Source of the DNA: Candidatus Eiseniibacteriota bacterium
GTDB lineage: Bacteria > Eisenbacteria > RBG-16-71-46
NCBI GenBank assembly: GCA_963725865.1
Contig: CAVSAC010000012.1
Span: 1,184,001-1,248,000 of the forward strand
DNA: 64,000 nucleotides
Reading direction: 5' to 3'
Part shown: positions 1 to 12,814 of the stretch, piece after piece
Layout: each line of letters begins with the position of its first letter
Position numbering within the stretch: the stretch's first letter is position 1
Notes under the pieces: model-generated
Seen by the model: only the letters and a program-made list of their open reading frames with translations
The model's database searches: none
What the model was told of the DNA's origin: nothing
Made by a program: the position numbers and the translations under genes

Positions 1-179
1 CTATCGCGAGCTGAGGCCGACCGCCGTCCGCTGATGCCACCGGCAGGGCGACCGGCCGCTCATGCGGTTGCAGCACAGAGGACTGCCCGCCCCACTTCGC
101 GTGACACCTGCGCCGGGGGCGCGGCGCGCCACTCCTCTAGATAGGGGCTCGCGGGCGACCGGGGCGCGCGGGCGGATTC

Positions 180-188
180 TGCTAGGGT
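180..188 (+). promoter_or_regulatory. extended -10 element, probable leaderless promoter
   Basis: TGC-TAGGGT lies 7 nt before the GTG at 196, with no Shine-Dalgarno. Confidence 0.5.
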
Positions 189-195
189 GCAGCGC

Positions 196-852
196 GTGAG
201 CACGCCCGCGCCGCCGACACCCCGGCCCGATCCCTTCGCGCCGCTGCGCGAACGCACGTTCCTCGCCGAGTTGCGGCGCAAGGCGATCCACCTCGGCTTC
301 CTCATCCTGCCGATCGAGCTGCTCTTTCACGTGCTGCCGTGGCCGCAGAGCAAGCGCGAGTTCCGCGTGCTGTTCCTGCTGCTGGTCGGGGGCGCGGTCG
401 CGATCGACCTGCTGCGCATCCACGAGCCGCGGGTGCGCACGTTCTTCCGGAAGTTCCTTGGCGAGATCCTGCGCGAGCACGAGGAGTTCAATCTGCTCGG
501 CTCGACCTACCTGCTGCTCGCCTCGCTGCTGGCGATCGAGATCTTCCCGCAACCGGTCGCGGCCGCCGCGGTGGGCTTCACGGTGCTGGGCGACGCGTTC
601 GCCGCCATCGTGGGCCGCGCGTGGGGGCGGACGCGGATGTTCCACAAGTCGCTGGAGGGGCTGGCGGGCTGCCTCGGCGTCTGTCTCGTGTGGGGGGCGT
701 TCCTGGCGCTCGGCGGCCACCTGCCGTGGCACGTCGTGGTGACCGGCGCGGTGGTCGCAAGTCTGGTGGAGTTCCTGCCGATACCTCTCGACGACAACCT
801 CGGGATCACGCTCGCCGCGGGGTACGCCATGAAGCTGCTGCTCCAGCCATGA
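196..852 (+). CDS. CTP-dependent polyprenol/diacylglycerol kinase family membrane protein (dolichol/phytol kinase-like)
   Basis: Multi-TM protein with RRKAIH, GDAFAAIVG, KSLEG and DDNL motifs; start could be 187 or 196. Confidence 0.75.
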   Translation: MSTPAPPTPRPDPFAPLRERTFLAELRRKAIHLGFLILPIELLFHVLPWPQSKREFRVLFLLLVGGAVAIDLLRIHEPRVRTFFRKFLGEILREHEEFNLLGSTYLLLASLLAIEIFPQPVAAAAVGFTVLGDAFAAIVGRAWGRTRMFHKSLEGLAGCLGVCLVWGAFLALGGHLPWHVVVTGAVVASLVEFLPIPLDDNLGITLAAGYAMKLLLQP

Positions 853-1793
853 CTCCACGTCCCATCGAACCACCGCCGTCGGCGTTCGCGGCGGCGCTCG
901 CGCACGCGCGCGACGGCCGCTGCGCCGATGCCGTCCTCGAGGTGAGCGGCGGGCTCGGCGCCGACGCCGACGACGCGCAACGCGCCGACGCCGCGCGCAC
1001 GCTCGCGCAGATCGCGCGGCTGGCCGAATCGGCCGGCGAGACTCCGACGGCGCTCGCCGCGCTCGACCGGGCCGTGGAATGCTGCTCGGGATGGGCCGAC
1101 CTGCACCTGCAGCGCGCGCGCGCCTGCATCGCGCTCGACCGGCGCGCGGCCGCCCGCGAGGCGCTCGCGAGCGCGCTGCGGATCAACCCGCGGTACGTGG
1201 CCGCGCGGCTCGAATCGGCATTGCTCGACGCGCGCGAGGGGCTGATCGGTGAGGCGCTCGACGCGCTGCGCGCGCTCGCGCGCGAGACGCAAGTGCACGA
1301 GCCCCGCACCTACGAGCAGGGCCTCGAGAGCCTCGAGCGGGCCGACGGCGACGAGGCCGGCGCGCGCTTCCGTCGCGCGCTGCACCTCGCCGAGCCCGAG
1401 CTGGACGTGAGGCTCGAGCGTTTCCAGGCGCTCATGGACTCCGCTCAGGTGGCGGCGGCGGCGCAGCTCCTCCGCGAGGTGCTGCCGCGCTACGACGCGT
1501 ACCCGGACCTCCACTTTCGGCTCGGCACCGCCGAGCTGCGCGAGGGCTGGTTCGACGACGCGCTGGTGTCGCTCGCGCGCGCGCTCGAGCTCAATCCCGA
1601 TTTCCACGCCGCCCGCCTGCTGCTCGCGCGCACGCTCGACGCGATGGGCATGCGCGCGCAGGCGCTCGAGCAGGTGTCGCTGGTGCTCCAGCGCGCGCCG
1701 GACGACGCGCAGGCGCGTGCGCTCGAGGCGGAGTGGACGGTGCGCTCCCGGGCCGCGTCCGCCCGCGAGAACAGCCGACGCAAAGGGGCTTGA
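849..1793 (+). CDS. tetratricopeptide repeat protein
   Basis: ATGA overlap with the upstream gene; TPR-like repeats (ALRINPRYVAAR, YPDLHFRLG, ALELNPDFHAAR). Confidence 0.75.
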   Translation: MTPRPIEPPPSAFAAALAHARDGRCADAVLEVSGGLGADADDAQRADAARTLAQIARLAESAGETPTALAALDRAVECCSGWADLHLQRARACIALDRRAAAREALASALRINPRYVAARLESALLDAREGLIGEALDALRALARETQVHEPRTYEQGLESLERADGDEAGARFRRALHLAEPELDVRLERFQALMDSAQVAAAAQLLREVLPRYDAYPDLHFRLGTAELREGWFDDALVSLARALELNPDFHAARLLLARTLDAMGMRAQALEQVSLVLQRAPDDAQARALEAEWTVRSRAASARENSRRKGA

Positions 1794-1872
1794 CCGCGCC
1801 GCGATCCGCGCGCACCCTGAGGGTGCTTCGGGCGGTTGACCCGTTTCGTCGGCCTGATAGGGAGGAGTCCCC

Positions 1873-2076
1873 ATGGCCCGTGGCATCGTGAAGTGGTTCA
1901 ACGACCAGCGTGGCTACGGTTTCATCAGCGCGGAAGGTGCGAGCGAGGTGTTCGTCCATCACTCCGCGATCGAGGGGCGAGGGTTCCGCACGTTGCACGA
2001 AGGCGAGCAGGTGGAATTCGAGCTCCGCAGCAGTGACAAGGGCGCGGAGGCCGCGCACGTCACGAAGATCCTCTAA
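1873..2076 (+). CDS. csp: cold-shock protein (CspA family)
   Basis: 67 aa; GIVKWFN, GYGFI (RNP1) and VFVHHSAI (RNP2); GGAGGAG RBS. Confidence 0.95.
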   Translation: MARGIVKWFNDQRGYGFISAEGASEVFVHHSAIEGRGFRTLHEGEQVEFELRSSDKGAEAAHVTKIL

Positions 2077-2112
2077 AGTTCCCACGCCCGAAGCGCGCAA
2101 GGCCCGGTGCCC

Positions 2113-2132
2113 CGCATCGGGCCGATGCGTTT
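2113..2132 (+). terminator. possible terminator hairpin after csp
   Basis: Inverted repeat CGCATCGG-G-CCGATGCG followed by TTT; a second hairpin at 2148-2168. Confidence 0.35.
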
Positions 2133-2243
2133 GGGACCGGCCGGCCGACCGCCGCATCGGAAGGCGGTGCGCAGGGCCCCTCGGAACGCCCTGCCGACCC
2201 CCGGGTGGGCCCCCCGCTTGACACTCCTTCTATCCTGACACCC

Positions 2244-5269
<3,026 letters not shown>

Positions 5270-5273
<4 letters not shown>

Positions 5274-5755
5274 GCGACGACCGCTCCGGCGATCCGGTGC
5301 TCGGACTGTTGAGGTTGCTCGCGGAGCGCCTCGAGGCCTACCTCGAGGGCGACGAGCTCGCGTTCGAGACGCTGGCCGAGCGCATCGAAGAGGAGGGCGC
5401 GAGCGCCGACGACGTGCACGCCGCGATGCTGGTGCTCCGCAGCCTGACCGGCGAGCCGCCGGCGGGCGGCGAGGCGGACCTGGAGAGCGCGCCCGGCGAG
5501 CACGCGCAGCGCGTGCCGTCGGCCGAGGAGCGCGAGTCGATGAGCCCCGAGGCGTGGGGGTATCTGATCGATCTGCGGCGCCGCGGCTCGCTGAGTCCGG
5601 CGCAGTTCGAACAGGTGATGGAGCAGCTCACCGATTTCGCGATCCGCCCGGTCGATGTCGAGACCGCGCGCGAGGTCGCCACCCGCGTCGCGCTGCAGTG
5701 CGACGATCTCGACCACGGAGGCACGGTTCATGGCGACGGCGAAAGGGCGAACTAG
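5270..5755 (+). CDS. smg: Smg / DUF494 family protein
   Basis: ATGA overlap with secA; acidic 161 aa with [22 protein letters not shown]...[11 protein letters not shown]; sits immediately before topA as smg usually does. Confidence 0.7.
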
Positions 5756-8300
5756 GGCGACGCGTTCGCCCGCCGGCGAGCCGCCCAGCGCGGGCGTCGC
5801 GCCGGTGAAGGCCGCCCTCCGCACCACCGCGAAGCCGCGCGCCACGAAGCAGAAGCCTGCCCAGAAGACCGCCCCGGCCGCGCCGCGCAAGGCGACGAGC
5901 GCCCCGGCCGCGCGCGCCAAGCGACCGCCCGCCGGCAAGGTGCCCGCCGCCAAGCGACCGGCCGCCGCCAAGGCTCCAGCCGCCGCCAAGGCTCCGGCGC
6001 GCCGCGCGGCCGCGAAGGGCGCGGGTGGCGCCGCCGCGCTCGAGTCGACCGGACGCTCGCTGGTGGTGGTGGAGTCGCCCACCAAGTCGCGCACGCTGAC
6101 CAAGTTCCTGGGCCGCGGGTTCACCGTGCTGGCCTCGAACGGCCACGTGATGGACCTGCCGAAGGCGGGGCTGGCGGTCGACATCGAGAACGGCTTCGAG
6201 CCGCAGTACGTGCCGATCGAAGGCAAGAAGAAGCAGCTCGCCAAGATCCGCGAGGTCGCGCGTGAGGTCGATCGCATCTACCTGGCGCCCGACCCCGACC
6301 GCGAGGGCGAGGCGATCGCGTGGCACCTGGCCGAGAACCTGAAGCAGCTCAACCGCCCGCTGCTGCGCCTGACGTTCAACGAGATCACGCAGCGCGCGGT
6401 GCAGCAGGCGCTGACGCAGCCGCGCGAGCTCGACATGAACCTGGTCAACGCGCAGCAGGCGCGCCGCGTGCTCGACCGCCTGGTGGGCTACAAGGTGAGT
6501 CCGTTCCTGTGGAAGAAGCTCCACTACGGGCTCTCGGCCGGGCGCGTGCAGAGCGTGGCGCTGCGTCTGATCTGCGAGCGCGAGGACGAGATCGAGGCGT
6601 TCGTTCCGGTCGAGTACTGGACCCTCGAGGTCGACTACCAGACCCCCGAGGCCCAGCGCTTCACCGCGCGGCTCACGCGCATCGGCGAGGAGGACCTCGA
6701 GCAGGGCCAGATCCGCGGGGCGGTCGCCGAGGCGACCGCGCGCGCGGTCGCCGAAGAGCTGGCGCGCAGCGAGGCGCGGGTCGCAAGCGTGCAGACCACG
6801 CCGCGGCAGGTGCATCCCAAGGCGCCGTTCATCACCAGCACGCTCCAGCAGACCGCCTTCAACCGGCTCGGGTTCACGAGCCAGCGCACGATGAAGGTGG
6901 CGCAGCAGCTCTACGAAGGCGTCACGCTCGGGCCGCAGGGCAGCGTCGGCCTCATCACCTACATGCGCACCGACTCGCAGCGCCTGGCGGGCGAGGCCAT
7001 CGGCGAGATCCGCCACTGGCTCACGGCCGGGCTCGGCGCCGAGTACGTGCCGGAGTCCCCGCGCCAGTACCGCAGCCGGAAATCGGCGCAGGACGCCCAC
7101 GAGGCGATCCGCCCGACCGCGGTCGAGCGCACGCCGCAGGCGGTGCGCCCGTATCTGACCGAGGAGCAGTACAAGCTCTACGAGCTGATCTGGGTGCGCG
7201 CGGTCGCTTCGCAGGCGGCCTCCGCCGAGTACCTGCAGACCACCGCCGAGATCACGGCGGGCCGCTGCGGCCTGCGCGCCTCGGGCCGCGTGCTGCGCTT
7301 CGCCGGCTTCCAGAAGCTCTACGGATTCGACGAGGAGGACGAAGCGGGCGAGTCGCGACTTCCCGAGCTGAGCGCCGAACTGCCGTTGGCGATCGCGAGC
7401 GAGCCGCTCGCCGAGGCGGGCGGGCCGGTGCGCCCCGAGCAGCACTTCACGCAGCCGCCGCCGCGCTACACCGAGGCGTCGCTCGTGAAGGCGCTCGAGG
7501 AGCAGGACATCGGCCGCCCGAGCACCTACGCCACCATCGTCACCACGATCACCGCCCGCAAGTACGTCGAGCGCGACAAGGGGCGCCTGCTGCCTACCGA
7601 CCTCGGACGCACGGTCACGCGCGTGCTGGTCGAGAACTTCTCGGACGTCTTCGACGTCGGATTCACCGCGGGCCTCGAGGACGAGCTGGACGACATCGAG
7701 TCCGGCAAGCAGCAATGGCAGAAGGTGGTCCGGGACCTGTGGGAGCCGCTCGAGAAGGACCTCGAGAAGGCCGGCAAGGACGGCTCGAAGGTCGAGGAGC
7801 CGACCCACATCCCGTGCCCGAAGTGCGGGCGGCTGCTGGTCAAGAAGTACGGGCGCATGGGCCCGTTCCTCGGCTGCCCGGGCTATCCGGAGTGCCGCTA
7901 CACGCGCCCGGTGAAGGACGAGGAGCTGCCGGTCCCGGTCGAAGGGACGTGCGAGAAGTGCGGGGCCGGGCTGGTGATGCGCACCGGCCGCTACGGCCGC
8001 TTCATCCACTGCTCGCGGCGACCGGACTGCGACTTCACGAAGAAGATCACCCTCGGCGTCACCTGCCCCGAGTGCGGGAAGGGCGACATCGCCGAGAACC
8101 GCTCGCGACGGGGCAAGGTGTTCTACGGCTGCACGCGCTATCCCGAGTGCCGCTTCGTGGCCTGGGACAAGCCGCGCGCCATCCCGTGTCCCAACGGGTG
8201 CGGCTCGCCGTTCATCGTCGAGAAGGAGACCAAGAAGGGGCTCACCCTGCGCTGCCCGAAGTGCAAGGGTGTGTTCGCCCCCGACGCCATCGGTGCGTGA
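5730..8300 (+). CDS. topA: DNA topoisomerase I with N-terminal Lys/Ala/Pro-rich extension
   Basis: VVVESPTK, DPDREGEAIAW, SAGRVQS, ITYMRTDS (catalytic Tyr), AHEAIRPT, IGRPSTYA and several C4 zinc ribbons. Confidence 0.97.
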   Translation: MATAKGRTRATRSPAGEPPSAGVAPVKAALRTTAKPRATKQKPAQKTAPAAPRKATSAPAARAKRPPAGKVPAAKRPAAAKAPAAAKAPARRAAAKGAGGAAALESTGRSLVVVESPTKSRTLTKFLGRGFTVLASNGHVMDLPKAGLAVDIENGFEPQYVPIEGKKKQLAKIREVAREVDRIYLAPDPDREGEAIAWHLAENLKQLNRPLLRLTFNEITQRAVQQALTQPRELDMNLVNAQQARRVLDRLVGYKVSPFLWKKLHYGLSAGRVQSVALRLICEREDEIEAFVPVEYWTLEVDYQTPEAQRFTARLTRIGEEDLEQGQIRGAVAEATARAVAEELARSEARVASVQTTPRQVHPKAPFITSTLQQTAFNRLGFTSQRTMKVAQQLYEGVTLGPQGSVGLITYMRTDSQRLAGEAIGEIRHWLTAGLGAEYVPESPRQYRSRKSAQDAHEAIRPTAVERTPQAVRPYLTEEQYKLYELIWVRAVASQAASAEYLQTTAEITAGRCGLRASGRVLRFAGFQKLYGFDEEDEAGESRLPELSAELPLAIASEPLAEAGGPVRPEQHFTQPPPRYTEASLVKALEEQDIGRPSTYATIVTTITARKYVERDKGRLLPTDLGRTVTRVLVENFSDVFDVGFTAGLEDELDDIESGKQQWQKVVRDLWEPLEKDLEKAGKDGSKVEEPTHIPCPKCGRLLVKKYGRMGPFLGCPGYPECRYTRPVKDEELPVPVEGTCEKCGAGLVMRTGRYGRFIHCSRRPDCDFTKKITLGVTCPECGKGDIAENRSRRGKVFYGCTRYPECRFVAWDKPRAIPCPNGCGSPFIVEKETKKGLTLRCPKCKGVFAPDAIGA

Positions 8301-9177
8301 CGCCCTCGAGCGTTTCCTGAGCGAGCTCGCGGCCCAGCGCCGCGCCTCGCCCCACACGTGCGCGGCCTACCGTCGCGACATCACCCGCGTCCTCGACCTC
8401 GCGGCGGGGATCGGCAAGCCCGTGGCGCCCGCCGAGTGGACGCGCGAGCTGCTGGAGCGCGGGCAGCGCGACCTCTACCGCACCGGCCATGCCGCCGCCA
8501 GCGCGGCGCGCGCGCTCGCCGCCTGGCGCTCGTTCTCGCGCTTCTGCGCCCGCCGCGGCGTGATCGCGCGCGATCCCGCGCGCGCGCTCGCGTTCCCGCG
8601 GCTGCCGCGCCGGCTGCCGCGCACGCTGCCCGAGATCGACCTGATCGCGGCACTCGACGCGCTCGACGGCGCCGACGCCGCCACCCGGCGCGATCGCGCG
8701 CTGCTGGAGCTGATGTACTCCTCGGGGCTGCGGCTCGCCGAGCTGGTGGGACTCAACCACGGCGATCTCGACCGCGGCGCGCGGCTGGTGCGCGTGCGCG
8801 GCAAGGGCCGGCGCGAGCGCATCGTCCCGGTGGGGCTCACCGCGCTGGCGGCGCTCGATCGCTGGCAGGCGGCGGTTCCGCCCCGCGACCCGCGCCCCGA
8901 CCGCGCGCTGTTCCCGGGCGCGCGGGGCCCGCGCCTCTCGCCGCGATCGGTGCAGCGCATCGTGCGCGCGCGGCTCGCGGCGGTGGCCGGCGGGCTGGGC
9001 GTGACGCCGCACGCGCTGCGGCACTCGTTCGCCAGCCACCTGCTCGATCACGGCGCGGACCTGCGCGCGATCCAGGAGCTGCTCGGGCATCGCTCGCTCA
9101 CGAGCACGCAGGTGTACACCCACGTCTCGCGCACGCGTCTGCGCAAGGCGTACGAGCAGGCACACCCGAGGGCGTGA
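8293..9177 (+). CDS. xerC: tyrosine recombinase XerC
   Basis: [33 protein letters not shown] and TQVYTH; follows topA. XerC versus XerD assigned from context. Confidence 0.8.
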   Translation: MRDALERFLSELAAQRRASPHTCAAYRRDITRVLDLAAGIGKPVAPAEWTRELLERGQRDLYRTGHAAASAARALAAWRSFSRFCARRGVIARDPARALAFPRLPRRLPRTLPEIDLIAALDALDGADAATRRDRALLELMYSSGLRLAELVGLNHGDLDRGARLVRVRGKGRRERIVPVGLTALAALDRWQAAVPPRDPRPDRALFPGARGPRLSPRSVQRIVRARLAAVAGGLGVTPHALRHSFASHLLDHGADLRAIQELLGHRSLTSTQVYTHVSRTRLRKAYEQAHPRA

Positions 9178-9179
9178 GC

Positions 9180-10274
9180 ATGCGGGCACTGCGAAGTCTC
9201 GATCGGGCCGGAGCGCTCCGCCGCGCGCGCGCGCTGGCGGTCGTGCTCGCCGTCGTGCTCGGGGCGGCGGGTTGCGCCAAGAAGGGGCCGCCCTCGGGCG
9301 GTCCGCCCGATCTCGAGCCGCCGCGCGTGGTGTCCTCGGAGCCCGACTCCGGCGCGGCCGGCGTGGCGCGCGATGCGGTCCTGGGCATCACGTTCAGCGA
9401 GGGGATGGAGCCGCGCAGCACCGGGGACGCGGTGGCGCTGGCGCCACGGGTCGACATCCAGCAGCGGCGCTGGAGCGGGCGCACGCTGCGCCTGGTGCTG
9501 GCCCAGCCGCTCGCCGCCACGCAGACCTACACGCTGTTCGTGGGCGGCAACGCGCGCGATCGCCATGGCAACTCGATCGCCGGCGGCGCCACCGTCGTGT
9601 TCACGACCGCGGACTCGTTCCCGCCCGGCGTGCTCGAGGGCGAGATCGAGGCGCGGGGCTTCGCCGCGTCGGGGACCTACCTGTGGTGCTACGACGCCGC
9701 CACCGGACACCTGCCCGACAGCACCGCGCGGGACTTCGACGCGGTCGGCCTCGCCGACAAGGACGGGCGGTTCCGCATCGCCGGGCTGCGGGTGCCGGCC
9801 CGCTGGCGGATCTGGAGCTTCGCCGACCTCAACGGCAACCGCTCGTTCGAGCCCGACGTGGACCTGTTGGCGCCGGCGGACAGCGTATACGAACTCACCC
9901 GCGCGGCCCCCGAGGCGAAGGGGCTGCTGCTGCACGTCGTGAATCCGCGCGCGCCCGGCCGCGTGGCGGGGCGGGTGGTCGTGGAGGGCGCGGCGGACTC
10001 GACGGTCAAGCGCCGCGTCTGGGCCGTCGCCGATCGCGACAGCACGCGCGCGCAGACGTTCGAGGTGCGCGCCGATGACACGTTCGACATCCCGCTCCCG
10101 AACGGGGGGTGGCGACTGCGCGCGTTCCTGGATCAGAATCGGGACGAGCGCTGGCAGGCGGCCAGCGAGCCGGCGAGCGATCCGCTGCGCGTCGAGGTGC
10201 CGCCCGCCGACCAGGTGAAGGACCTGACCCTGCGCCTGACGGCCCCCCAGGCCAAGCCCGCGGAGGGGCCGTGA
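9180..10274 (+). CDS. Ig-like (Big_5) domain lipoprotein
   Basis: Lipobox-like LGAAGC, then CAKKGPPSGGPPDLEPP and ITFSEGM; DLNGN-like Ca-binding loops. Confidence 0.7.
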   Translation: MRALRSLDRAGALRRARALAVVLAVVLGAAGCAKKGPPSGGPPDLEPPRVVSSEPDSGAAGVARDAVLGITFSEGMEPRSTGDAVALAPRVDIQQRRWSGRTLRLVLAQPLAATQTYTLFVGGNARDRHGNSIAGGATVVFTTADSFPPGVLEGEIEARGFAASGTYLWCYDAATGHLPDSTARDFDAVGLADKDGRFRIAGLRVPARWRIWSFADLNGNRSFEPDVDLLAPADSVYELTRAAPEAKGLLLHVVNPRAPGRVAGRVVVEGAADSTVKRRVWAVADRDSTRAQTFEVRADDTFDIPLPNGGWRLRAFLDQNRDERWQAASEPASDPLRVEVPPADQVKDLTLRLTAPQAKPAEGP

Positions 10275-11086
10275 AGTTCGACTTCTGGAAGATGCACGGG
10301 GCGGCGAACGACTTCGTGGTGATCGACCATCGCGCGCCGTTCCTGCCCGCCGACCCGGCCGCGCTGGTCGCGCGGCTGTGCGATCGGCGGCGCGGCATCG
10401 GAGCCGACGGCGTGCTGGCGCTCGAGCGCGATCCGGCGCTCGACTTCGCGATGGCCTACTGGAACGCCGATGGCGGGCGCGCCGAGTTCTGCGGCAATGG
10501 CGCCCGCTGCATGGCGCGGCTGGCGCTCGACCTCGGCCTCGGCCACGACGGCGCGGTGCGCTTCGCGACCGACGCGGGCCCCAAGGAGGGCCGCCGCACC
10601 GCCGACGGGACCGGCGTCGACCTGCGCTTCGGCCACGTCGGCGCGCCGGGCGGCGCCGAGTTGATTCCGGTGCTGGAGCGCACGTTCACCGGCTGGCGGG
10701 TGCCGGCCGGCGTGCCGCACTTCGTGGTGCCGGTCGACCGCCTCGGCGAGGTGCCGCTCCAGGTATGGGGCAGCGCGCTGCGCCACCACCCGCAGTTCGG
10801 ACCGGCGGGCGCCAACGTGGACTTCATCGAGGTGCTGGGCCCCGGGCGCGTGGCGATGCGCACGTTCGAGCGCGGCGTCGAGGGCGAGACGCTGGCGTGC
10901 GGCAGCGGCGCGATCGCGACCGCGCTGGCGGCCGCGCTCGGCGGCATGAGCTCGCCGGTCACGGTGCGCACCGCCGGGGGTGACGATCTGGTGGTATCGT
11001 TCGCGCCCAGCGAGGGCGGCTACGATGTGACGCTGAGCGGTCCGGCCGAGGTGGCGTTCCGCGGCACCTGGGAGGCCGGGATCTGA
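10271..11086 (+). CDS. dapF: diaminopimelate epimerase
   Basis: KMHGAANDF, FCGNGARC, GVPHFV and ERGVEGETLACGSG; GTGA overlap. Confidence 0.95.
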   Translation: MKFDFWKMHGAANDFVVIDHRAPFLPADPAALVARLCDRRRGIGADGVLALERDPALDFAMAYWNADGGRAEFCGNGARCMARLALDLGLGHDGAVRFATDAGPKEGRRTADGTGVDLRFGHVGAPGGAELIPVLERTFTGWRVPAGVPHFVVPVDRLGEVPLQVWGSALRHHPQFGPAGANVDFIEVLGPGRVAMRTFERGVEGETLACGSGAIATALAAALGGMSSPVTVRTAGGDDLVVSFAPSEGGYDVTLSGPAEVAFRGTWEAGI

Positions 11087-11129
11087 CGTGCGACGGGCGT
11101 GAAGCGGTTCCACGCCGCGGGAGGACGGG

Positions 11130-12023
11130 ATGTTCGAAGGACTGACGGTGGCGATGGTGACGCCGTTCGCGGGGGGCGAGCTGGATCTCGACGCCACCGC
11201 GCGGCTGGTGGACTTCATGCTCGAGGGCGGCGTCGAGGGGCTGGTGGTCTCGGGCTCCACCGGCGAGGCGGCGACCTGCAGTGTCGAGGAGCGGCGGCGG
11301 CTGTGGGCGTTCGTGAAGGAGCGGGTGCGGGGCCGCTGCCCGGTGATCGCCGGCACCGGCACCAACGACACCGCGGCGAGCGTGGCGCTCACGCGCATGG
11401 CCGACGAGCTGGGGCTCGACGGGGTCATGCTGGTGACGCCGTTCTACAACAAGCCGACTCCGCGGGGACAGGTCGCGCACTTCACCACCGTCGCCCGCAG
11501 CACGCGGCTGCCCGTGATCCTCTACAACGTGCCCGGTCGCACCGGCATCAACACGATGCCCGACACGTTCGCGCGGACCCAGGAGGTCGCGAACATCGTC
11601 GCGATCAAGGAGGCCTCCGGCAGCCTCGACCAGGCCAGCGCGCTGTGCGCGAAGACGCGCTTCACGATCCTCTCGGGCGATGATTCGCTGACGGTGCCGA
11701 TGATCGCGGTGGGGGCGCAGGGCGTGATCTCGGTCGCGGGCAACGTGGCGCCGCGGGCGATGCGCACGCTGTGCGACCACGCGCGCGCCGGCCGCATGCG
11801 CGAAGCCGAGGCCGCGCACCGCGCGCTGGGCCCGCTGTTCAAGGCGCTGTTCATCGAGTCGAACCCGGCGCCCGCCAAGTTCCTGCTGGCGGCGATGGGG
11901 CTGATGCGCGCCGAGCTGCGCCTGCCGTTGGTGCCGGTCGAGCCGGCGAGCGCGACCGCGATCCTCGAGGCGGCGCGCGCCTGCGGCGTGCCGCTGGCGG
12001 CGGGCGCGGGGGCGCCGGCGTGA
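11130..12023 (+). CDS. dapA: 4-hydroxy-tetrahydrodipicolinate synthase
   Basis: GSTGE, YYNK-like FYNKP, LYNVPGRT, IKEASG and LSGDD. Confidence 0.95.
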   Translation: MFEGLTVAMVTPFAGGELDLDATARLVDFMLEGGVEGLVVSGSTGEAATCSVEERRRLWAFVKERVRGRCPVIAGTGTNDTAASVALTRMADELGLDGVMLVTPFYNKPTPRGQVAHFTTVARSTRLPVILYNVPGRTGINTMPDTFARTQEVANIVAIKEASGSLDQASALCAKTRFTILSGDDSLTVPMIAVGAQGVISVAGNVAPRAMRTLCDHARAGRMREAEAAHRALGPLFKALFIESNPAPAKFLLAAMGLMRAELRLPLVPVEPASATAILEAARACGVPLAAGAGAPA

Positions 12024-12772
12024 TCCCGCTGGTGCTGGCCGGCGCCGCCGGCCGCATGGGCCGCGCGGTGGACGCCGCGGCCCATGCGGCCGGCTTCGCG
12101 GTGCGCAAGCGGATCGACCGCGCGGCGCCGAGCGGGCCGGACTGGAGCCTCGATCCGGGCGTGATCGCCACCGGGGACGTGGTGATCGACTTCAGCGCGC
12201 CCGAGCTGCTGCGCGGCGTGGTCGCGCGCTGTGCGGAGGTCCGGGCGGCGCTGGTGACCGGCACCACCGGGCTGGGCCCGGCCGACGAGCAGGCGCTCGC
12301 CGGCGCGGCCCGGACCGTGGCGGTGCTGCGGGCCGCCAACTTCAGCCTCGGGGTGCTGACGCTGCGCCGCGCGCTCGCGGCGGCGCTGGCGGTGGCGCCC
12401 GCCACCTGGGACATCGAGATCGTCGAGCGCCACCATCGGATGAAGGCCGACAGCCCTTCGGGCACCGCGCTGCTGCTGGCGCGCGAGGCGGCGGCCGCGC
12501 GGGGCCTCGCGCCGGACGCGCTGCGCCACGGCCGCTCGGGACGCGTGGGCGTCCGCCCGGCGGACGAGATCGGCGTGCACGCCGTGCGCGGCGGCACCTG
12601 GGTGGGGGACCACACCGTGCTGCTGGCGGGCGAGGGGGAGTGGATCGAGCTCCGCCACGTCGCCCAGGACCGGGCGGCGTTCGCGCACGGCGCGCTGGCG
12701 GCCGCACGATTCGTGATGCAGGCGCCGCCCGGCCTCTATACACTCGACGACGTCGTCACAGGCCGCGCCTAG
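12020..12772 (+). CDS. dapB: 4-hydroxy-tetrahydrodipicolinate reductase
   Basis: GAAGRMG, IDFS, GTTG and ERHHRMKADSPSGTA. Confidence 0.93.
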   Translation: MIPLVLAGAAGRMGRAVDAAAHAAGFAVRKRIDRAAPSGPDWSLDPGVIATGDVVIDFSAPELLRGVVARCAEVRAALVTGTTGLGPADEQALAGAARTVAVLRAANFSLGVLTLRRALAAALAVAPATWDIEIVERHHRMKADSPSGTALLLAREAAAARGLAPDALRHGRSGRVGVRPADEIGVHAVRGGTWVGDHTVLLAGEGEWIELRHVAQDRAAFAHGALAAARFVMQAPPGLYTLDDVVTGRA

Positions 12773-12774
12773 GC

Positions 12775-12800
12775 GGAACCGGGAACCGCCGTTCACGTCA
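12775..12800 (+). promoter_or_regulatory. possible ECF (sigmaE-type) promoter
   Basis: GGAACC-N16-GTCA directly upstream of an outer-membrane protein gene. Confidence 0.35.
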
Positions 12801-12814
12801 CCTCGGGAGCCTCC

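Noticed and set aside
1812..1826. Palindrome GCACCCT-G-AGGGTGC upstream of csp as an operator or thermosensor
   Set aside because: A single short GC-rich palindrome with no second copy seen; cannot be distinguished from chance
2218..2236. TTGACA as the -35 of secA
   Set aside because: Only 7 nt from the TATCCT -10, so the spacing is incompatible
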